Positions 8,731-18,596 of a stretch of 64,000 nt of DNA are shown one piece after another. How positions within the stretch are numbered: position 1 is the stretch's first letter; each line of letters begins with the position of its first letter. Source of the DNA: Candidatus Latescibacterota bacterium. GTDB lineage: Bacteria > Latescibacterota > UBA2968 > UBA8231. Location: positions 2,656,001 through 2,720,000 of the forward strand of contig OZ242318.1 of the NCBI GenBank assembly GCA_965208105.1, written 5' to 3'. Below the pieces are notes generated by a model, which worked only from the letters and a program-made list of their open reading frames with translations, made no database searches and had not been told where the DNA came from. The translations under genes and the position numbers were made by a program.

Positions 8731-9765
8731 ATGAAGCTGATCGTGCAGATCCCCTGCCTCGACGAAGAGGGGACCCTGGCGCAAACCATTGCAGCCATCC
8801 CGCGCCGGATCGAAGGCATAGACCAAGTCGAAGTCCTCGTCATCGACGATGGCTCCACCGACCGCACCAGCGAAGTCGCGCGCCAATCCGGGGCGGACCA
8901 CATCGTCAGGTTTCCCCGCAACCGCGGCCTGGGACATGCCTTCAAGGCGGGTTTCGACACCTGCCTGAAGCTGGGCGCCGATATCATCGTCAACACCGAT
9001 GGCGACAACCAGTACTTTGGCGGCGACATCGTCCAACTGGTCAAGCCCATCCTGGCCGGCAGAGCCGAGCTGGTCATTGGCGACCGCCAAACCCATACCA
9101 TCGCACATTTCTCCCGGGCAAAACGCTTCCTGCAGCACTTCGGCAGCCGCGTCGTCGGCCGCCTTGCCCACCTCGAAGTGCCGGATGTCGCCAGCGGCTT
9201 CCGCGCTTTCAGCCGCGATGCCGCGCTTCAACTCTCCACTTTTACGGACTTCGACCACACTGCCGAGCACGTGGTCGAATCGGGGCAGATCCGGCTGGCG
9301 GTGGTCAGCGTTCCCGTCCGCACCAATCCCAAGGCCCGCGAGTCCCGGCTCTTTTCCAGCGTCGGCGAATTCGTCTTTAAATCCAGCCTGATCAGCCTGC
9401 GCGCCTATGCCCGCTACAAGGCCATCAAGATCTTCACCGCCCTCGGTCTCCTCGTCTTCGCGCTGGGGACCCTGCTGGGGCTGCGCTTTCTCTATTTCCT
9501 GGCCTTTACCGACGAGGGCCACCTGCACGTCCAGTCCGTGATCCTCGCCGCAATCCTACTCCTCGCGGGCTTCCAGATGATTCTCACCGGCATCGTCTCC
9601 GACCTGATCGCCACCAACCGCAGCCTGCTCGAGGACGCCGTGACGAGGATCAAGAAGATCGAGCTCGACCGGCTGGCGGAAAAGGCATCGAAAACCGGCA
9701 AAGCCGCCGACGGCAAGGCCGCAGAATCAGACCGGGCGCTGCCGACCTCAGCTCCTCCCTCCTGA
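8731..9765 (+). CDS. Glycosyltransferase family 2 with C-terminal TM helices
   Basis: IPCLDEE, IDDGSTD, NTDGDNQY, SGFRAF and two TM segments. Confidence 0.88.
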   Translation: MKLIVQIPCLDEEGTLAQTIAAIPRRIEGIDQVEVLVIDDGSTDRTSEVARQSGADHIVRFPRNRGLGHAFKAGFDTCLKLGADIIVNTDGDNQYFGGDIVQLVKPILAGRAELVIGDRQTHTIAHFSRAKRFLQHFGSRVVGRLAHLEVPDVASGFRAFSRDAALQLSTFTDFDHTAEHVVESGQIRLAVVSVPVRTNPKARESRLFSSVGEFVFKSSLISLRAYARYKAIKIFTALGLLVFALGTLLGLRFLYFLAFTDEGHLHVQSVILAAILLLAGFQMILTGIVSDLIATNRSLLEDAVTRIKKIELDRLAEKASKTGKAADGKAAESDRALPTSAPPS

Positions 9766-9842
9766 ATACCCGGCCTCCATCTTGACAGTTTTCCCGGCTA
9801 TCCTCGATATTTTCCTCACCAAGGATTTATTTCCCATAAACC

Positions 9843-10811
9843 ATGGCCATACCGAAGATCTACATTGACGGGCAGGAGGGCACCACCGGCCTGCGGATTC
9901 GCGAAATGCTCGGGATGCGCACCGACGTGCAACTCCTCTCAATTCCCTCGGAGGAGCGCAAGAATCCACGCGTGCGCGCCGATTTCCTCAACAGCGCCGA
10001 CCTCGCCATCCTCTGCCTGCCGGACGAGGCAGCGGCCGAAGCCCTGGAATTGATCGACAACCCCGACACCCGGATCATCGACACCAGCATCAGCCGCCGC
10101 GTCCACCCGGACTGGGTCTATGGCTTGCCCGAGTTGAGTCCGGAGCAGCGCCGGTCCATCCATTCCGCCGCGAGGGTGGCAAATCCCGGCTGCTACCCGG
10201 CCGGATTCATCCTGGCCGTACGCCCCCTGGTCCAGGCCGCCCTCCTGGACCCGGCAACTCCCCTGACGGTAAATGCCGTTTCCGGCTACTCCGGTGGGGG
10301 ACGCAAGATGATCGCTGCCTACGAGCAGGCTCCGCAGGCCCGGAACTCTGGTGACGCCGCCGTGCCCCTGGCGCTCTACGGTCTCGACGGCCGCCACAAA
10401 CATCTCGCGGAAATGCAGAAATTCAGCCTGTCGGACCACGCCCCGCTTTTCGTTCCCTCGGTGGACCACGTCTACTGCGGAATGCTGGTCAGCGTCCCCA
10501 TTCCGGCGCCAGGCTTCAACAAGCAAGGAACCACCTCCCGTGAGATCCACGAAGTCTGGAAGGATCACTACCGGGACTGCCCCATGGTCCACGCCGTTCC
10601 TCCCGATGGCGCCGCCGCCCTGCGCAATGGCATCTTCCTCGACCTTGGCGGGTGCGCATACACCAACCGGATCGAGCTATCCGTCTTCGGCGACCCTGAA
10701 CGGGGGCTGGTCCTGGTCGGATGCCTCGACAACCTGGGCAAGGGTGCCTCCGGCAATGCCGTCCAGTGCCTCAACCTCATGCTGGGCTTTGACGAGACGG
10801 CCGGACTGTAG
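9843..10811 (+). CDS. argC: N-acetyl-gamma-glutamyl-phosphate reductase (type 2)
   Basis: IDGQEGTTGL, ANPGCY, SGYSGGG and DNLGKGASG. Confidence 0.93.
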   Translation: MAIPKIYIDGQEGTTGLRIREMLGMRTDVQLLSIPSEERKNPRVRADFLNSADLAILCLPDEAAAEALELIDNPDTRIIDTSISRRVHPDWVYGLPELSPEQRRSIHSAARVANPGCYPAGFILAVRPLVQAALLDPATPLTVNAVSGYSGGGRKMIAAYEQAPQARNSGDAAVPLALYGLDGRHKHLAEMQKFSLSDHAPLFVPSVDHVYCGMLVSVPIPAPGFNKQGTTSREIHEVWKDHYRDCPMVHAVPPDGAAALRNGIFLDLGGCAYTNRIELSVFGDPERGLVLVGCLDNLGKGASGNAVQCLNLMLGFDETAGL

Positions 10812-10828
10812 TCCTGGTCCCTCCATCC

Positions 10829-11611
10829 ATGCTCGTAGACTCCCACTGCCACCTCGACCAGCTAGCGGACCCCGCCGGCGTTATGCGGGAAGCGGCGGAC
10901 CGAGGCGTCGAACGCATCGTTGCCGTCAGCGAGGACCTTCGTTCCATGCGTGCCGTCCTCGATTTGAAGAAGCGCCGCGGCGGCGGGGTGATGGCCGGCC
11001 TCGGGCTCCATCCCGCCTGGATCGTTCAGTGCGGGGATGGGGAAATCGCTCGCTCTCTCGAATTCCTTTCCGATCACCTCAGCGCTGCCGACGAGTTGGG
11101 CGAGGTCGGACTCGACCACAAATGGGCCGGAACTCCCGACCAGCAACGCCGACAGGAAACAATCCTCGAAAGGCAGTTTGCCCTTGCCGCCGACTGCGGC
11201 AAGCCCGTCAACCTGCACTCGCGGCGCTGCCAGCGCCAGGTCATGGAAAGGGCGATTGACTTCCACCGAAACACCGGCCTCGGCGCGCAGTTGCACTGGT
11301 TTACCCAATCGAAGAAACTGGCTCGGATCTGTAATGAAGAAGGGATCTACATATCCGTCGGCCCTGCCATAATCGACGACCCCCAGGCCCAGGAAGTCGC
11401 ATGCACCGTCGCCGATGATCTGCTTCTCTTGGAAAGCGACGCTCCCGCGGGGATCGGCGGCCGAGCCAACCACCCCGCCCTGGTCCGTGCCGTGGCCGAA
11501 AAAATCGCCGCGCTCAAAGATTGTGCATTGGAAAGGGTCGCTGAAATGACCAGCGCCAATTTTGACCGCTACCTGGGCACGAGCAGGCAGGGTGCAGGTT
11601 TGACACCTTGA
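10829..11611 (+). CDS. tatD: TatD family hydrolase
   Basis: DSHCHLD, GLHP, GEVGLD, LHSR, LHWF and ESDAP. Confidence 0.88.
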   Translation: MLVDSHCHLDQLADPAGVMREAADRGVERIVAVSEDLRSMRAVLDLKKRRGGGVMAGLGLHPAWIVQCGDGEIARSLEFLSDHLSAADELGEVGLDHKWAGTPDQQRRQETILERQFALAADCGKPVNLHSRRCQRQVMERAIDFHRNTGLGAQLHWFTQSKKLARICNEEGIYISVGPAIIDDPQAQEVACTVADDLLLLESDAPAGIGGRANHPALVRAVAEKIAALKDCALERVAEMTSANFDRYLGTSRQGAGLTP

Positions 11612-11900
11612 TTTAAATGACCTACCATTGGATTCATGCCGTATTCACAGCAAGGCCCGCCATCCCGCGGTCTTACTGCCGCTCAAAGCATTCTGACCGA
11701 TTCCGCAATTTCAATTTCCCCCAGATCGGCATCGTCCTGAAAGAATCCATTTGTTCGCCTTTCGAAGTCCTTCTCGTTGCCCGCGTGAGCTTGCAAAAGC
11801 GGACTCCGGGCAAATTCCGGATGAGTGCCGTCAGGCGCCGGTTGGGAATTGGACAATCGGTGAGTTACTGATTTAAACCACGTATCGAATTGGATGGGAG

Positions 11901-12908
11901 ATGGCCACAGTCCTGGTCACTGGAGGATGCGGTTTCATCGGAAGTAACTTCATTCGCCATATGCTCCGCAAATATCCGCAGTACCGCATCGCCAACCTCG
12001 ACAAGCTGACCTATGCCGGCAATCCTCAAAACCTCGCCGACTTGAACGGTGAGGAGCGCTACAGTTTTACCCAGGGCGATGTCTGCGATGCCGAAGTCGT
12101 CGATCCCCTGGTGAAAGAGTCGGAGATTATCGTCAACTTTGCCGCGGAGAGCCACGTGGACCGCAGTATCCTGGGGGGAGCCGAGTTCATCCAGACAAAC
12201 ATCCACGGCACCTGCGTATTGCTCGAAAGCGCCCGCAAGCACGGGGTGGAGCGTTTTTACCAGATCAGCACCGACGAAGTTTACGGCTCCATAGAAAACG
12301 GAGCCTGGTGCGAGGACGAGCCTCTGATGCCGCGCAATCCCTACTCGGCCAGCAAAGCCAGTGCTGAGCTGATGGTGCGGGCCTACCACCTCAACTACGG
12401 GCTTCCCACCCTGGTCAGCCGCGCCTCGAACAATATCGGGCCCTACCAGTACCCCGAGAAGCGCGTGCCGCTGTACATCACCAATGCCATCGACGAGTTG
12501 CCTCTGCCCGTTTACGGCAATGGCCTGCAGGTGCGGGACCACCTCTATGTGGGCGATCACTGCGCAGCGATCGATCTGGTGCTGCACCAGGGCGCTGTCG
12601 GCGAGACCTATAATATCGGGGGGGACAACGACGCCACCGGACTGGAAGTAGCCCGGTCCATACTGGAACGACTGGAAAAATCCGAAGACCTGATCGAGTT
12701 TGTCGACGATCGGCTCGGTCACGACCAGCGCTACGCCATAGACTCCAGCAAGATCAAAGCGCTGGGCTGGGAATCCCAGTGCGACTTCCAGGCCGCCATG
12801 ACGCGGACCGTAGACTGGTACGTGGAACATGGGGATTGGTGGCGGGAGATCAAAGCCGGAAACGATTACCGGAGCTATTATCGGCGCCAGTACGGACGAA
12901 GTATATAG
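11901..12908 (+). CDS. rfbB: dTDP-glucose 4,6-dehydratase
   Basis: TGGCGFIGSNF, DKLTYAGN, AAESHVDRS, STDEVYG, YSASKA and GHDQRY. Confidence 0.95.
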   Translation: MATVLVTGGCGFIGSNFIRHMLRKYPQYRIANLDKLTYAGNPQNLADLNGEERYSFTQGDVCDAEVVDPLVKESEIIVNFAAESHVDRSILGGAEFIQTNIHGTCVLLESARKHGVERFYQISTDEVYGSIENGAWCEDEPLMPRNPYSASKASAELMVRAYHLNYGLPTLVSRASNNIGPYQYPEKRVPLYITNAIDELPLPVYGNGLQVRDHLYVGDHCAAIDLVLHQGAVGETYNIGGDNDATGLEVARSILERLEKSEDLIEFVDDRLGHDQRYAIDSSKIKALGWESQCDFQAAMTRTVDWYVEHGDWWREIKAGNDYRSYYRRQYGRSI

Positions 12909-13027
12909 GGTGGATCAATTACTGCAAAAGCCGGGATCTGCGGCGACAGGTTTTCAGAACGCCGACCCGGCGAAATGATTTTGAAACAATTTGATTTGGT
13001 GTGACAACCTGAATAATGGGGGAAGCG

Positions 13028-14797
13028 ATGATCCATTGGAAGCTGAATTTCCTGGGGAGCCTTGCGCTTCTGGCCCTGATGGGGCTTGTATCCGCAGCCC
13101 TTGCCCAGGACCTGGACGAGTTGCTGGAGGAAAGCGAAGAGGAGCAGCTGGAGTTGCGGCAGATACCTCGCGACGAAATCCCGGGACAATCCCTGGAAGA
13201 TCTCTCCCGCGTCCGCCTGCCCCGGGGAGAAGAGGTGGAGAAACTGCGCATCAGTCAGGACCGCGAGATCGATCCGGAAGCCTACATCGTCGGTCCCGGC
13301 GACTTGCTGCAGCTCTATATCTGGGGAGAGTGGGACCGCGCATATCCCCTGCAGGTGGATCCGGAAGGTTATATTCTCATTCCCACCATCAATGCCTTGC
13401 ACGTTTCCAACCTGAATCTGGCCGCAGCCAAACGGCAAATAGTTGCCGCCGCACAGGAGAAATATCCCAACGTACCCATTACGGTGACTCTTTCGAGTAT
13501 GCGCTTCTTCACGGTCTACCTTACAGGCGCCGTGGTGAACGAAGGCAGCGTCACCGTTCACCCGCTGACGCGCGTTTCCGACCTGATGGAAGAATCCGGA
13601 GGCTATCTCGACGAAGTCCAGGGCAGGACCATCGAAGAAACCGTGGAGGGCAAAAAGATCACCCGGGCCAGGCGCTTGAGCCTCCAACCCACGGCGAGAC
13701 GCACCATTGAGGTAATCCATCGGGACGGCACCTCTGATGACATCGACCTGTCCATGTTTCAGGCCACCGGTGATATCCGTTTCAACCCTTATTTGAAGAT
13801 GGGCGACGTCGTCCACGTGGGCTTCCGGCGCGATGAGATCTACGCATACGGCTCGGTCAACAAAACAGGCGTACAGGAGTTCCGACCCGGCGATACCGTT
13901 GGAACTCTGGTGAAGCTGGCCGGGGGTATAAGGGGCAATGCTCCACTGGAAATTGTCGAGGTCTGGCGCTTCCGCGAAGACGGTAAAACCACCTACATAA
14001 TTGACCTGAGTGACACAACCAGGACGGATGGCAGAATCGACCTCGAGGATGTGGAGCAGTTCCCCCTGGAGGCCCAGGACATGCTGTTCGTTCGCACCCG
14101 TGCCGATTGGCAACTGACGCCCACGGCAGTTATCTACGGCGAGGTTAAATACCGCGGACACTATCGCGTTATCCCCGGCCATACGCGTCTGCGCGACGTC
14201 ATTGAAAAGGCGGGAGGGTTTACTGAAAACGCTTCGCTGACTCAGGCCAAAGTGCTGCGCTCCCGCACCCGCGTTCAGGAAGATCCGGAACTGGAGCGCC
14301 TGCGTGCTCTGCAAAGAGTTACCGGTCTGGCCGATATGAGCCCGGAAGACAGGGCATATATCAAAACCAAAGGGCGAGAGGAACGCGGACGCCTCGCTGT
14401 GGATTTCGAACGCCTGTTCCTTGTGAACGATGAAAGCCAGAACCTTTTGCTCGAGAACGGCGACGTCATCTTCGTGCCGGAGCTCCGCCGGACAGTCACC
14501 TTGAGCGGCCAGTTCAAAAAGCCGGGGCTGATCGACTACGTGAAAGGCAATGAGGTTGCCTATTACGTCGAGAGAGCCGGTGGATTCGCCTGGGGTGCCA
14601 ATGAAGGCGGCGCCCGCCTGATCCGGGCGCGCACCGGGGTGCGCGAGAAGCTGGAGGGGGACCTCCCCGTCGAGGCAGGAGACGAAATCTGGGTTCCTGA
14701 AAAAGAGTACCGGGACTGGTGGGATTTCACCCAGTCTACCATGCGCACAATTGCAGAAACTCTGACCCTCGTGGTCGTCGTACGTTCTTTCCTGTGA
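13028..14797 (+). CDS. Polysaccharide export protein with multiple SLBB domains (Wza/KpsD-like)
   Basis: Signal peptide, YIVGPGDLL Poly_export motif, and repeated GxV..PG / AGG SLBB units. Confidence 0.82.
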   Translation: MIHWKLNFLGSLALLALMGLVSAALAQDLDELLEESEEEQLELRQIPRDEIPGQSLEDLSRVRLPRGEEVEKLRISQDREIDPEAYIVGPGDLLQLYIWGEWDRAYPLQVDPEGYILIPTINALHVSNLNLAAAKRQIVAAAQEKYPNVPITVTLSSMRFFTVYLTGAVVNEGSVTVHPLTRVSDLMEESGGYLDEVQGRTIEETVEGKKITRARRLSLQPTARRTIEVIHRDGTSDDIDLSMFQATGDIRFNPYLKMGDVVHVGFRRDEIYAYGSVNKTGVQEFRPGDTVGTLVKLAGGIRGNAPLEIVEVWRFREDGKTTYIIDLSDTTRTDGRIDLEDVEQFPLEAQDMLFVRTRADWQLTPTAVIYGEVKYRGHYRVIPGHTRLRDVIEKAGGFTENASLTQAKVLRSRTRVQEDPELERLRALQRVTGLADMSPEDRAYIKTKGREERGRLAVDFERLFLVNDESQNLLLENGDVIFVPELRRTVTLSGQFKKPGLIDYVKGNEVAYYVERAGGFAWGANEGGARLIRARTGVREKLEGDLPVEAGDEIWVPEKEYRDWWDFTQSTMRTIAETLTLVVVVRSFL

Positions 14798-14818
14798 AGA
14801 TTCAAGGAGCCCCGAAAA

Positions 14819-16009
14819 ATGAATAAAAATACTATCGACATTCTCGATCTGCTGGCCGCCCTGAACGCAGACAAACGCCTGATCCTCGGCGGTACGTTGC
14901 TCATCTGCCTTCTCGCCACCGGCATCAGCTTTCTGCTCCCAAAGGAGTACGAAGGCGAGGTTCAGCTTTTGCCTCCGAAAGAACAGAAAAAGGGCTTTGG
15001 TTTTGCCGACCTGCTCTCGGCCCTGCCGATTCCCTCCTTGCGATTGGGAGAGAAAGGTACGCCGGCCGATATCTATGTGGCCATCTTGACAAGCCCGACC
15101 GTGCGGCGGCGCATGGCAGAGGACTTCGACCTCATGCAGCTCTACGATGTCGACTACATGACTGACGCCATCGAAATCCTGGAAAGCAAAACCGAAGTCA
15201 ACAAAAGCGAAGAAGGCACCATTATTGTCACAGTACTGGATCGAGACCCCCAGCGCAGCATGGACATCGCGAATCACTACGTAGAACTACTGGACGCAAC
15301 AAACCAGCACTTGACCCGCCGAGAAGCCCAGGAGCGCTATGAGTTCATTCAGAAACTCAAACAGACGGAAGAAGCCAAGCTCGAGAACGCCATGCGGCGC
15401 CTGCAGGAATTCCAGGCAGAGCACAATGCCATCTCCATCGAGGACCAGGCCAAGGCCGTGATCCGGGCGGGAGCGGACTATCAGATGACCGCTACCCAAT
15501 TGCTGATCACGCGCAACAGCCTCCTGCTCTCGGGCTTCTCTCCGAGCCACCCCGAGGTACAGAAAATCGAGCGGGAGTTCCTTCTCTGGCAGGAAGCGCT
15601 GGCCTTTCTGCGCGACGGAGGTGAACTCGGGGGAAAGAGTCAACTGGGAGAAAAGATAGCCGACAAACTGAAGCTGGAAGAAAACCTCTTTCTGCCTTTG
15701 CGCAAGATTCCCGAGATGGCCCAGGAGTACGCGGTGGTCGAGAAGGACGTGCTGGTGCAGGCCGCCCTGATCAAGCTATTGCTCGAGCAGGAAGCCGAAG
15801 CCCTGATCGAAGCCAACAACACCACTACCACCGTCCAGGTTCTGGACAAAGCCACCCTGCCTGAGAAAAAGGCTCGGCCCCGGCGATTTCTGATCGTCTT
15901 CGTCGCCGGCGTTCTCAGCCTCTTCGGGACAGTCTCCTTTGTAATTGGAGGGCAGTACATGCGCGGGCTGAAGACGCGCTGGGAGAACGAATATAGAAGG
16001 GAAGCGTAA
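14819..16009 (+). CDS. Polysaccharide co-polymerase, Wzz/GNVR family
   Basis: Two TM helices flanking coiled coils, with VLDKATLPEKKARPRR before the last TM. No kinase domain. Confidence 0.8.
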   Translation: MNKNTIDILDLLAALNADKRLILGGTLLICLLATGISFLLPKEYEGEVQLLPPKEQKKGFGFADLLSALPIPSLRLGEKGTPADIYVAILTSPTVRRRMAEDFDLMQLYDVDYMTDAIEILESKTEVNKSEEGTIIVTVLDRDPQRSMDIANHYVELLDATNQHLTRREAQERYEFIQKLKQTEEAKLENAMRRLQEFQAEHNAISIEDQAKAVIRAGADYQMTATQLLITRNSLLLSGFSPSHPEVQKIEREFLLWQEALAFLRDGGELGGKSQLGEKIADKLKLEENLFLPLRKIPEMAQEYAVVEKDVLVQAALIKLLLEQEAEALIEANNTTTTVQVLDKATLPEKKARPRRFLIVFVAGVLSLFGTVSFVIGGQYMRGLKTRWENEYRREA

Positions 16010-16016
16010 CAGCCTT

Positions 16017-17528
16017 TTACCGGAGGATGGTTGGAGTCAATCCGGGGATGTGCTCGTCGAGAGGAAAGTAAGGACGTTCAAGTCTTCTGTACGATAAATG
16101 CTTGACCGTAGGGGGCGTGGGACCAGGCGTATCGAGAATGAAGATCGCCTTGGCCATGCCACCGTAGGCACGCCGGTAGTTCATCGGGTTCTTGGCGACG
16201 ACGAACTTGGCGGTGGCCGGGTCGAGCTGCACGGACCTGAACTGCTCATCCATCCAATCGTAGGTAGCGTAAGTGGTGACAAGTATTCGAACCGCTCCTG
16301 CTGTCAACACTGCAGTCGGCCCCATTTGCCCATCCACCCCCTCCCACATTCCGCCTGTGTAACGAAAACGCCCATCGCTGAGCCGAGTCACCCGGCCCCT
16401 CACCTTGACGGGGCGGCCCCACTGCGGGTCGCAGCGATGACCAAGATCGAGAGTCACCTCGCGACCTTCACCTGCCCGCTGACACGCTGCCGCCGCCTGC
16501 GGATCAACCACCGGCACCAGGGCAGTTTCTGCAACCTCCGCAGCCAGCAGGGCCCTTAGAGTCGCCACGCTGTCCCCGGCGGCGCCACCGCCGATGCAAT
16601 CCGCCGCCTCGACCAGAACCACCGGCCCGCCCTCAACCGCCTGACCCCTGGCGATGGCCTCGTCCGGGGTGCAGGTCTCCGGTTCGAGCTCAAAGCGCCC
16701 GGCCCAATACTGCTCGGCGATCCGCTGCGCCAAAGAAACGGCCCCGTCCATGTCGTCATCGGTAACCACCAGTCCACCGCTGCCCAGATCCGGCTGATCC
16801 AGGGGGAAGTGAGCCAGGAGAACACTGGTGGATACAACGCTTCCGCGACCTTCCTGTTCCTTGGCAAAGCGCATGATCCTGGCAAAGGGCCCATCGCCTT
16901 CTGTCGACGCACATATGGCGCTGGTTATGACCGGAACCTTGGCCATGGCCATGGTCGGACGGCAGCGCCCCTCCAGGGTATCGAGGAGCAACCTGGCGCC
17001 GCGGCCTCCGGTGGCAAAGGCATCGCGGTGGGGATAGGTCTCCCAGGCAAGCAATGCATCGGCGGCGGCGACCATGGCGGCGGTGACGTGAGCGTGCAAA
17101 TCCAAGGTGGCGACGATAGGCACGGCAGGACCGACCACCTCCCGCACGGCGCCGATCAAATCGCCTTCCACATCATCCACGTCCTCGGCGGCAGCCCCTC
17201 CGTGCAAAGGCAGCAGAACCCCATGGACGGGCATGGCAACACCCAGGGAATCCAGAAGTTCGGCCTTGAGCTGCGCATAGCAATCCGAAGACAGGAGCCC
17301 ACCTGGACAAGTGCTCGCATGGACCAGCGGAACCACATCTGCCCCGCGTCCGCGCAGAACCTCGAGCATTCCTCCGAGCACCCCGGCATCGCCCTGCAAC
17401 AAGTCCTCTCCCCGAAGCAACTCATAGCGCTCGAACCAGCTCATATCAATGAGCATCCCGCCGAACTGGTTGCATTCGGTATATACCGAGCCAATTGCAA
17501 CGCGGTATGCGGTCTTCGGATTGTTCAT
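16017..17528 (-). CDS. M81 family (MlrC-like) metallopeptidase
   Basis: [24 protein letters not shown] and DCIGGG. Confidence 0.85.
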   Translation of the reverse strand: MNNPKTAYRVAIGSVYTECNQFGGMLIDMSWFERYELLRGEDLLQGDAGVLGGMLEVLRGRGADVVPLVHASTCPGGLLSSDCYAQLKAELLDSLGVAMPVHGVLLPLHGGAAAEDVDDVEGDLIGAVREVVGPAVPIVATLDLHAHVTAAMVAAADALLAWETYPHRDAFATGGRGARLLLDTLEGRCRPTMAMAKVPVITSAICASTEGDGPFARIMRFAKEQEGRGSVVSTSVLLAHFPLDQPDLGSGGLVVTDDDMDGAVSLAQRIAEQYWAGRFELEPETCTPDEAIARGQAVEGGPVVLVEAADCIGGGAAGDSVATLRALLAAEVAETALVPVVDPQAAAACQRAGEGREVTLDLGHRCDPQWGRPVKVRGRVTRLSDGRFRYTGGMWEGVDGQMGPTAVLTAGAVRILVTTYATYDWMDEQFRSVQLDPATAKFVVAKNPMNYRRAYGGMAKAIFILDTPGPTPPTVKHLSYRRLERPYFPLDEHIPGLTPTILR

Positions 17529-17654
17529 GTTAAAAGGGTAAGCGATCCTCCCTGCTCTGAACATGGTCCGTCGTTGACACTGGTTTTCCTCCAGATGATA
17601 TTCCCCGAGATTGTTCTTCCACGAGAAAGAAAATCCCAGGAACAGGAGGAAGCC

Positions 17655-18101
17655 TTGCAACACTCCATCGTTGTCCCGGTCATCAGCAGCACGGAGAACC
17701 CTCTCCCCGCCTACGAAACTCCCGATAGTGCCGGCATGGACCTGCGCGCTCACCTGGGCGAACCTCTGGTCCTGGCGCCGGGGGAACGCACTCTCGTACC
17801 TACCGGTCTACGCCTGGAGATTCCCCGCGGTCACGAGGCCCAGGTGCGCCCGCGCAGTGGTCTGGCCCTCAAACGAGGTCTTGCCGTGCTCAATGCGCCG
17901 GGTACTATCGATGCGGACTATCGTGGCGACATCGGCGTCATCCTCATCAATTTATCCCGAGAAGAGCAACTCATCGCACCCGGAGACCGCATTGCCCAGC
18001 TGATCTTTGCGCCAGTGACCCGGGCCGAGCTGAGCATCGTGGACCATCTGGCCGACTCATCCCGCGGCGCCGACGGTTTTGGTTCGACGGGAGAACGTTA
18101 A
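17655..18101 (+). CDS. dut: dUTP diphosphatase
   Basis: [26 protein letters not shown] and [13 protein letters not shown] start after AGGAGG. Confidence 0.95.
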   Translation: MQHSIVVPVISSTENPLPAYETPDSAGMDLRAHLGEPLVLAPGERTLVPTGLRLEIPRGHEAQVRPRSGLALKRGLAVLNAPGTIDADYRGDIGVILINLSREEQLIAPGDRIAQLIFAPVTRAELSIVDHLADSSRGADGFGSTGER

Positions 18102-18127
18102 GACCTGGCAAGCAGCAGAACCGGGAC

Positions 18128-18161
18128 AAAACCAAAGCCCGCTCGTTTGCAGCGAGCGGGC
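18128..18161 (-). terminator. Probable terminator between the convergent dut and MoaD-like genes
   Basis: Perfect 9-bp stem GCCCGCTCG/CGAGCGGGC (18137-18161) followed by TTTGGTTTT on the minus strand. Confidence 0.55.
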
Positions 18162-18325
18162 CCCAAATCAGGATTTTTCAGGGAATCTACAGGTCCTGCA
18201 GGAGATCCGGCAGCCTTCGCAAAACCTGCATTGAACTCCGGGCGCGAAGAGAAGATCTACACGGCTCCGGTGACGATGGAATCCCCAGTGGCGGCGACCC
18301 GGGTCAACTCAGGTCCGACGGCGGT

Positions 18326-18592
18326 TCAGGCTCCTCCACTGATCGCCGGCAGGAAATGCACCTCGCTGCCCGATGACACCTTGCGCCGCATCCCCTCGTT
18401 GGAAATCTCGCCGTCCACCGCCACCGCCAGGGCCGGCCGAATCCGACCGTTTTCGCAAAGGCGGTCCCTGAAGCCGGGATAGGCCGCCTCGAGGGCATCG
18501 ATCACCTCGCGAACGGTGCTCCCCTCCACCTGAACCTGAGCCTGGCCATGGCTCAGCTTCTGCATCAAGGACGGGATCCACACGGTCGGCAT
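18326..18592 (-). CDS. MoaD/ThiS family ubiquitin-like sulfur carrier
   Basis: 88 aa beta-grasp pattern ending PAISGGA. Confidence 0.85.
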   Translation of the reverse strand: MPTVWIPSLMQKLSHGQAQVQVEGSTVREVIDALEAAYPGFRDRLCENGRIRPALAVAVDGEISNEGMRRKVSSGSEVHFLPAISGGA

Positions 18593-18596
18593 GACG

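Noticed and set aside
16017-17528. Microcystin-degradation (mlr) cluster
   Set aside because: Only a lone M81 peptidase is present, with no mlrA, mlrB or mlrD neighbours. The family is widespread.
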